Assembly (NCBI GenBank): GCA_964407835.1
Contig: CAYOXB010000002.1
Location: forward strand, 11,876-75,875
Reading direction: 5' to 3'
Source: an uncultured Bacteroidales bacterium
Lineage (GTDB): Bacteria; Bacillota_I; Bacilli_A; ML615J-28; CAG-698
DNA: 64,000 nucleotides
Within the stretch, counting starts at the first letter, position 1, and each line of letters begins with the position of its first letter. Below, piece by piece: positions 58,335 through 64,000 of this stretch. The translations under genes and the position numbers were made by a program. The notes beneath the pieces are model-generated. The model ran no database searches. It was given only the letters and a program-made list of their open reading frames with translations, and was not told the origin of the DNA.

Positions 58335-59568
58335 TATGGCCTCCTATTAGTTTATTTCTCTTAGTTAGTGTTCCTTTATCAGTATCGCTGACTGCTAAAT
58401 AAACTGCATTATTTCCATATTTTTCTTTTATTGTTCCAAGTGTTTGGTATAAAGAATGTTCTTTTTGTTTTTTCTTTATATCAGTAAATAAATCCGTTTG
58501 GAAAAACTCTTCATTACTTAGTTTCCCCACTCTTATATCTATTCTTCTTATTGGAATGTTTTCCACATTATCAAAATAGATTTTCTTAAAGGCTGTCACT
58601 AACTCATTTCTACTATTGGTTTTAGTGGGCAGTGTCATTTGTTTAGAAAATCCACCACCAAATTGTTTAGAATAACCAACAGCAATTGAAATCAATTCAC
58701 AATTAAGTTTCTGAGTAACAAGTTCACAAGCTATTTGGTCAACAGTTTCTAAAACTACAATATATGCATCTTTGAAATTATAATCTTCAAAGAATACTTG
58801 ACCATGACCAAAACCTTTTGCCTTTGGAATATAAGTTCTAGCTTCTTGAACTGATGTTCTTTCGATCCCATATGCATGTTCTAGAAGTTCTTTTCCCACA
58901 ATTCCGAATTCTTTTTCTAACTTTTTAAGAGGAGTTCTTGCAAGATCTCCAAGAGAATGAATATTATATTTCTCTAATCGTTTTGCAATACCACGTCCTA
59001 TACCCCAAATATCTGTAATAGGTTTGTGATCCCATATTTTTTCTTTTAAACCCTCTGCATCTAAATAAGCAACACCGGTTGGTTCATGTTTTGCAAGTAA
59101 GTCTAGTGCAACTTTCGCAAGAAACATATTCTCACCCATCCCACAAACAGCCGTTAATTTTGTCTCTTTATATATATCATCGAGTATTTTCTTACTTAGT
59201 TCTCTTGCACTCATATTGTAATACTTTAAATATGGACCTAAATCAAGAAAAGCTTCATCAATACTATATACATGAATATCTTCATAAGATACATACTTCA
59301 GATAGATATTATAGATTTTTGTGGAAAACTCAATATATTTCTTCATTCTTGGTTTAGCGTAAATAATATCTATATTTTTAGGTAGAGTATAAATCCTGCA
59401 GCGGCTTTTAACACCATATTTTTTAATATGTGGGGTAACCGCAAGAACAATTGAACCTCCACCACGCTCTTTATCAGCTACAACTAAGTTAACCTTAAAA
59501 GGGTCAAGACCTCGGAGGATACATTCTACTGATGCATAAAAAGATTTTAAATCTATACAAATTATCAT
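58324..59568 (-). CDS. Y-family DNA polymerase (UmuC/DinB/YqjW-like)
   Basis: MIICIDLKSFYASVE (catalytic Asp), …SIDEAFLD…, palm/fingers/little-finger order. Confidence 0.9.
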   Translation of the reverse strand: MIICIDLKSFYASVECILRGLDPFKVNLVVADKERGGGSIVLAVTPHIKKYGVKSRCRIYTLPKNIDIIYAKPRMKKYIEFSTKIYNIYLKYVSYEDIHVYSIDEAFLDLGPYLKYYNMSARELSKKILDDIYKETKLTAVCGMGENMFLAKVALDLLAKHEPTGVAYLDAEGLKEKIWDHKPITDIWGIGRGIAKRLEKYNIHSLGDLARTPLKKLEKEFGIVGKELLEHAYGIERTSVQEARTYIPKAKGFGHGQVFFEDYNFKDAYIVVLETVDQIACELVTQKLNCELISIAVGYSKQFGGGFSKQMTLPTKTNSRNELVTAFKKIYFDNVENIPIRRIDIRVGKLSNEEFFQTDLFTDIKKKQKEHSLYQTLGTIKEKYGNNAVYLAVSDTDKGTLTKRNKLIGGHNAE

Positions 59569-59745
59569 GTTAACCTCCTTTTTCTCATTCTATCATATCG
59601 TTTTTTAATTGTCTATTAGATAAAAAATGAAAGTTTTTCAAAAGCTAAATGAAAATATTTTCTATTAAATTTAGTGTTTTACTTATAATCATAATTCAAG
59701 TATTAATCAGATTTTTTTGATACAATAAGTCGTGTGGAGACAATT

Positions 59746-59979
59746 ATGAGAATAATAGATATAAATAAACCAATCAAAAAGATTGTGGATGAATATCCTG
59801 AAGTTAGGGAAATTATGGTTTCTCTTGGTTTTAAACACATAGCAAATGCTGCTATGTTGAATACTGTAGGTCGCTTTGTAACTATTAAAGAAGGTGCAAA
59901 GATGCAAAAGATAGATATGGATTTAGTTGAATCAACTTTTAAAGAAAATAATTTTATATTGGAGGAAACAAATGAGTGA
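59746..59979 (+). CDS. DUF1858 domain protein
   Basis: MRIIDINKPIKKIVDEYPEVREIMVSLGF… Start moved to the ATG at 59746 (GGAG 8 nt upstream); the track used an upstream GTG. Confidence 0.75.
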   Translation: MRIIDINKPIKKIVDEYPEVREIMVSLGFKHIANAAMLNTVGRFVTIKEGAKMQKIDMDLVESTFKENNFILEETNE

Positions 59980-61189
59980 GTTTATAAATAACAGCAATGA
60001 TAGAAAACAAAAATTAAAAAAATTAATTAAGGGTTTACACGAAGGAAGAGACTTTGATGATGTAAAACAAGATTTTGAAAGAGATTTCGGAAAAGTTTCC
60101 ACAACTGAAATTTCTCAAATAGAACAAGAACTTGTGAAAGAAGGAGTTACAATCGAAGAAATTCAAAAACTATGTGATGTTCATGCAGCAGTTTTTGAAG
60201 GTTCAATTTTTGATATTCATGCAACTAAAGACTATAGTAAAATAGTAGGGCATCCAGTTAATATTTTGTTTGAAGAAAATAAAGCTCTAACAAACTTAGT
60301 AAACACAGAAATTAAACCTCATTATGATGCTTATTTTAAAAAGCCTAATCATATGTCCCATTTAATGTTAAGAATCGGTTTTGAAAGACTTTTAGAAATT
60401 GAACATCATTATTCAAGAAAAGAAATGGCTTTCTTCCCATTTTTAGAAAAACATGGTATTACTGCTCCACCAAAAGTTATGTGGGGAGTTGATGATGAAA
60501 TAAGAAAAGGTATTAAACTAGTAAATGAACTTTTATCTAAACCCGATATTAATTTAGATGAACTAAAAGATGCAATGGACTTTGCAATTAATCAAGTAAT
60601 TGAAATGATTTCTAAAGAAAATAATATTTTAATTCCTTTAATGAGCGATACTTTTACTTTATATGATTGGATTCAAATAGATGAAGCTAGTTCAGAATTT
60701 GGTTATACTTTAGTTAAGCCTAAAGGTTCTTGGAAAGTTGAAGATAAGGAAGAAGAAAAACCAAAAGAAGAAAAAGAAACCTTATCTGGTGAGGTTTCAT
60801 TTGATGCTGGAACTTTACTACCGAATGAAATTAATGCTATTTTAAATTCACTACCTATTGATATAACATTTGTAGATAAAGATGATAAAGTTAAATATTT
60901 CTCGCAAGCTGAAGAAAGAATATTCCAAAGACCACTTACAATTATTGGTAGGGATGTTGGTTTATGCCACCCACCAGCAAGTGTTCATGTTGTAGAAAAG
61001 ATTGTAAATAGTTTTAAATCTGGCGAAAAAGATGTTGAAAGCTTTTGGATTCAAAATGAAAAAATGTTCATTGTTATTAAATACTATGCCGTAAGAGATA
61101 AAGATGGAACATATTTGGGTACTCTCGAAGTTAGCCAAAACATTAAATCACTTCGTGAACTAGAAGGCGAAAAAAGATTATTAGACTAA
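59972..61189 (+). CDS. DUF438 / hemerythrin-like / PAS domain protein
   Basis: Hemerythrin HHE pattern (…CDVHAAVFEG…H…E…HHYSRKEMAFFPFLEKH…) then a C-terminal PAS-like fold. The start at 59972 (GGAGG SD) overlaps the DUF1858 stop (ATGAGTGA). Confidence 0.75.
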   Translation: MSEFINNSNDRKQKLKKLIKGLHEGRDFDDVKQDFERDFGKVSTTEISQIEQELVKEGVTIEEIQKLCDVHAAVFEGSIFDIHATKDYSKIVGHPVNILFEENKALTNLVNTEIKPHYDAYFKKPNHMSHLMLRIGFERLLEIEHHYSRKEMAFFPFLEKHGITAPPKVMWGVDDEIRKGIKLVNELLSKPDINLDELKDAMDFAINQVIEMISKENNILIPLMSDTFTLYDWIQIDEASSEFGYTLVKPKGSWKVEDKEEEKPKEEKETLSGEVSFDAGTLLPNEINAILNSLPIDITFVDKDDKVKYFSQAEERIFQRPLTIIGRDVGLCHPPASVHVVEKIVNSFKSGEKDVESFWIQNEKMFIVIKYYAVRDKDGTYLGTLEVSQNIKSLRELEGEKRLLD

Positions 61190-61190
61190 A

Positions 61191-61225
61191 AAAAAGAAAG
61201 TTGAAATTCAACTTTCTTTTATTTC
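61191..61225. terminator. Bidirectional terminator between the DUF438 gene and rubredoxin
   Basis: AAAGAAAGTTGAA-ATT-CAACTTTCTTT. Confidence 0.75.
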
Positions 61226-61226
61226 T

Positions 61227-61385
61227 TTAAATTTTTGTAAATAAGTCCTTGCCTACACCACAATCTGGGCATTCCCAATCTTCTGGTAAATCTTCAAAAG
61301 CAGTTCCTGCAGGAATGCCTTGTGTTGGATCACCAAGTTCTGGATCATAAATATATTCGCAAGCATCACATTGATATTTGTCCAT
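61227..61385 (-). CDS. rub: Rubredoxin (52 aa; absent from the ORF track)
   Basis: My minus-strand translation: [52 protein letters not shown]. Canonical CxxC…CPxCG rubredoxin. AAAGGAG 8 nt upstream; promoter TTGAAT-16-TATAAT. Confidence 0.85.
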   Translation of the reverse strand: MDKYQCDACEYIYDPELGDPTQGIPAGTAFEDLPEDWECPDCGVGKDLFTKI

Positions 61386-61452
61386 AAAAAAATCTCCTTT
61401 CGTGATTCTTCTTTTATTATATCATTATAATGACATTATTCAAATACTTTTT

Positions 61453-61481
61453 TTGACATTTGGAAATAATATCTATATAAT
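61453..61481 (+). promoter_or_regulatory. Consensus sigma-A promoter of the NUDIX gene
   Basis: TTGACA – 17 nt – TATAAT. Confidence 0.65.
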
Positions 61482-61510
61482 ATAGAGAAATATAATTATT
61501 AGGTGATAAT

Positions 61511-61942
61511 ATGCAAGGTTATAATTTAATCATAGTATTTGATAAAAATCGAGAAAGAATACTATTATGCGAAAGAAAAAAGAATCCTTATAAAGGTTTA
61601 TTCAACTTTGTTGGTGGTAAAATTGAGAATAATGAATCCGGCTTAGACGCAGCTTATAGAGAGTTGTTTGAAGAAACAAATATAAAAAGAGAAGATATTG
61701 AACTAACTTTATTTATGAAAACTGATTATTACTTGGATAATCTATATTTAGAAGTTTGGGCTGGGGCATTAAATAGTGATGTTATTCTCTTAGAAGAAAT
61801 GAATAGACTATTCTGGTCAAGCTTAGATAATGATTTCTTTAATATGAAAAAATATGCTGGCGAAGGCAATATGGGCCATATGCTAGAAATACTAAACTAC
61901 CATAAAGATATAATTTTAAATAAAAAACCTGAACAACATTAA
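61511..61942 (+). CDS. NUDIX hydrolase
   Basis: Nudix box GGKIENNESGLDAAYRELFEETNI. Confidence 0.85.
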   Translation: MQGYNLIIVFDKNRERILLCERKKNPYKGLFNFVGGKIENNESGLDAAYRELFEETNIKREDIELTLFMKTDYYLDNLYLEVWAGALNSDVILLEEMNRLFWSSLDNDFFNMKKYAGEGNMGHMLEILNYHKDIILNKKPEQH

Positions 61943-61960
61943 TTTTGTTCAGGTTTTTTT
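61921..61960. terminator. Bidirectional terminator embedded in both convergent coding ends
   Basis: AAAAACCTGAACAA-CATTAA-TTTTGTTCAGGTTTTTT. Confidence 0.7.
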
Positions 61961-62688
61961 AAATCTAAATGATATAAAATTATACTCCCAGCAACACTTA
62001 CGTTCAAAGACTCCAAAAAGTCATTTGTTTTAATATAAATATTGCTATCTGTTAGTTTTAATATTTCTTCTTTTATTCCGCTTCCTTCATTACCTAGGAT
62101 TATTGCGACTTTTGAAGGTCTTTTTAACTCGTTTAAAGATACTCCTTCTTTTACGCTTGTTCCAAAAATCTTAAATTCTTTTTTCTTTAGTTCTTTTATT
62201 ATAAGCTCAAGATTTCCTACTTCTAGATTAAGATGAAATATTGCACCTTGTGATGCTCTAATTAATTTATCATTATATAAATCAACACTATCTTCACTAA
62301 GATATACTTTATCAACGTTAAAACCTAAGCTGCTTCTAATTAAAGCTCCAACATTTCCAGGATCTTGAACATTATCAAGTAATAACGCTGTTTTGGTTTC
62401 TTGCTCATCTTGCTTTAAATAATTACAAACACCGATAACTTTTTGAGGAGTCTTTGAAAAAGCAAGTTTTTCAATTACACTATCTGATACTTCAATATTA
62501 TTAACTCCTTCAAGTCTATATTTAATATCTGAATATAGAACAGTTTCTAAATTATTGGTTTTATAGGCCTCTTGGATTAAGTGCTCTCCTTCAATTAAAA
62601 ACTTTCTTTCTTTTTCTCGGTACTTCTTATCTTTTAACTTTGCAAGTTCAACAATATATTTATTGTTTCTTGATGATATTATTTCCAT
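61939..62688 (-). CDS. TrmH/SpoU-family RNA 2'-O-methyltransferase (RlmB-like)
   Basis: …LLLDNVQDPGNVGALIRSS… and …ILGNEGSGI… SPOUT motifs plus an N-terminal substrate-binding domain. Confidence 0.85.
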   Translation of the reverse strand: MEIISSRNNKYIVELAKLKDKKYREKERKFLIEGEHLIQEAYKTNNLETVLYSDIKYRLEGVNNIEVSDSVIEKLAFSKTPQKVIGVCNYLKQDEQETKTALLLDNVQDPGNVGALIRSSLGFNVDKVYLSEDSVDLYNDKLIRASQGAIFHLNLEVGNLELIIKELKKKEFKIFGTSVKEGVSLNELKRPSKVAIILGNEGSGIKEEILKLTDSNIYIKTNDFLESLNVSVAGSIILYHLDLKKPEQN

Positions 62689-63266
62689 AGCCCCACTAAT
62701 GTTACAATCATAAGTATTACTGTTATTAGAGTTTCAAGGCCTTGAATAATAAATATGATTGAGAAAAACCTTCTTTTAATTTTATCTTTGAGTGTGAAAA
62801 AGATAATTGTAGAAGCAACTATGCTAATAAATGGTAAGAAGAAGAATGAAACGATTTCCCATGCTCTCGTATATGAATTAATAAGATTTAAAAACCAAGA
62901 AGCAAAGAGCAAACTAATCATAGACATTACATAGAAAAACGAAAATACAACTTGAAAAACACCATAGGCAAACATCCAAATAGGAAATTTATCCCAGTTT
63001 GTTTTGTGTTGTTTTAATAATGCTTTTTTTTCAGCTTTTAATTCTCTGTACTCTTGTTTTAGTGCTTGGATATCTTCTTCTGTTATTTGACTTTCTTCAA
63101 AGTATAATTCATCTTCTGCAAATTCTATTTTTGTGTCAATCTCTTGCATTTTGAGTTCAAGTTCATATATAAGTTCTTCTCTTGTTTTTTCTTCTGTTGG
63201 AATTTCTTGTTCTTCAAACTCTTCTAATTCTAAGTTTGGATTATTATTGTCCATTTTGTCCTCCAT
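62679..63266 (-). CDS. Hypothetical membrane protein (acidic coiled-coil N-terminus, about 4 TM)
   Basis: 195-aa ORF; no family recognised. Confidence 0.45.
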   Translation of the reverse strand: MEDKMDNNNPNLELEEFEEQEIPTEEKTREELIYELELKMQEIDTKIEFAEDELYFEESQITEEDIQALKQEYRELKAEKKALLKQHKTNWDKFPIWMFAYGVFQVVFSFFYVMSMISLLFASWFLNLINSYTRAWEIVSFFFLPFISIVASTIIFFTLKDKIKRRFFSIIFIIQGLETLITVILMIVTLVGLWK

Positions 63267-63271
63267 TATTT

Positions 63272-64000
63272 TTATATTTCAAATTTTTCATAATCATCAC
63301 CAATTATAACATTGGTTTTATTTAAATATGATAGACTATAAAACTCTAAGTTTCTTAAGCCTTCTTCTCTTAATTCATCTAAATCGCATTTAGCTTCTTC
63401 TATTAAAACTTTATTTAGTACTGGATTTATTACCGGATGTTCTGGTACAAAAATAGTACAACAATCTTCATATGGTTCAATAGAAATTGGATATGTCTTT
63501 ATTGCTCTTGCAATATCGATTATTTCACCTTTATCCATAGTAACAAGCGGTCTTATAATTGGAAAGTTAGTAACATCATTGATAACATTCATACTTGTTA
63601 GAGTTTGAGAAGCTACTTGACCAATACTTTCACCGTTTATTATAACATCAAAATTGTTTTTGCTTGCTATCGTTGCAGCGATTTTATACATTTCTCTACG
63701 CATTATAGTTATATTGTATTCCGGCTTTATTTTACGTCTAAGTTCTTCTTGAATTTTTGTGAATGGATAAACTATTAGATCAATTTTACCATTACTAGTA
63801 AATTTGCTTAACTCTTCAGTTAGATCAATTACTTTTTGCAGTGCCATTTGAGATGTATGTGGTGGGGAAGCAAAATGTAGAGCTGTAATATGCACACCTT
63901 TTTTGATTGCAAGGAAGCCAGCAACAGGGCTATCTATTCCTCCACTCATCATTAGCAAGCCACTGCCTGCCATATTTCCTGGATAACCACCTAAACCTTT
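63272..64000 (-). CDS. thiI: tRNA 4-thiouridine synthase ThiI (partial; N-terminal THUMP part is beyond the window end)
   Basis: PP-loop …MMSGGIDSPVAGFLAIKKG… The reading frame stays open upstream to the window edge (…KGLGGYPGNMAGSG…). Confidence 0.8.
   Translation of the reverse strand, partial: KGLGGYPGNMAGSGLLMMSGGIDSPVAGFLAIKKGVHITALHFASPPHTSQMALQKVIDLTEELSKFTSNGKIDLIVYPFTKIQEELRRKIKPEYNITIMRREMYKIAATIASKNNFDVIINGESIGQVASQTLTSMNVINDVTNFPIIRPLVTMDKGEIIDIARAIKTYPISIEPYEDCCTIFVPEHPVINPVLNKVLIEEAKCDLDELREEGLRNLEFYSLSYLNKTNVIIGDDYEKFEI

Noticed and set aside
59569-59733. SOS/LexA (Cheo) box upstream of the Y-family polymerase
   Set aside because: No GAAC-N4-GTTC or CGAACRNRYGTTCG-like sequence was found by eye on either strand.
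1-64000. tRNA, rRNA, CRISPR, IS/transposase, integrase, restriction-modification or toxin-antitoxin genes
   Set aside because: I scanned all intergenic gaps >70 nt and the ORF list. There is no GGTTCGAATCC-type T-arm or cloverleaf-like GC-rich segment, no spaced direct repeats other than the infB duplication, and no transposase, integrase or nuclease-methylase pairs.
1-64000. TGA→Trp recoding (Mycoplasma/Spiroplasma code)
   Set aside because: Long conserved proteins (IF-2, PheT, transketolase, UvrC, RNase J) translate full-length with standard stops, so the standard code is appropriate.

Overview
This is an AT-rich (~30% GC), densely packed chromosomal window that reads as low-GC Firmicutes-type core genome; proteins translate cleanly with the standard genetic code. 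About 80 protein genes are supported, mostly on the minus strand, and they are overwhelmingly housekeeping. They include a partial sufS with sufD and sufC; a tRNA/peptidase/transketolase block; uppP, coaX, efp and ispH; pheST and tyrS, each preceded by a T-box leader; trpS; and clpP. Also present are nadK with a RelQ-type alarmone synthetase and a CYTH protein, spx, a complete oppABCDF operon, the rpsP–rimM–trmD…rplS ribosomal cluster, def, rnjA, uvrC, the rimP-nusA-ylxR-ylxQ-infB-rbfA operon, msrA, a Y-family polymerase with YolD, and a partial thiI. Gene order (trpS / opp / spx / yjbK-yjbM-ppnK) resembles Bacillus subtilis. There are no rRNA or tRNA genes, no CRISPR arrays, no transposases or integrases and no recognisable defence system. 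The things worth a second look are local oddities rather than a novel island. OppC carries an RCC1-like beta-propeller insertion and OppF carries a roughly 350-aa coiled-coil insertion. A membrane-anchored PTS EIIB-like protein lacks its catalytic Cys and is translationally coupled to transketolase. An ArsR plus rhodanese-like lipoprotein plus NfeD/SPFH module is inserted inside the conserved rpsP–rplS operon. A DUF1858–DUF438 (hemerythrin/PAS) pair faces a 52-aa rubredoxin that the ORF track missed. Spx has a Cys/His-rich C-terminal extension, and an Ftp/ApbE flavin-transferase lipoprotein is fused to the suf operon. Many intrinsic terminators, several near-consensus sigma-A promoters and two T-box riboswitches are visible directly in the sequence.
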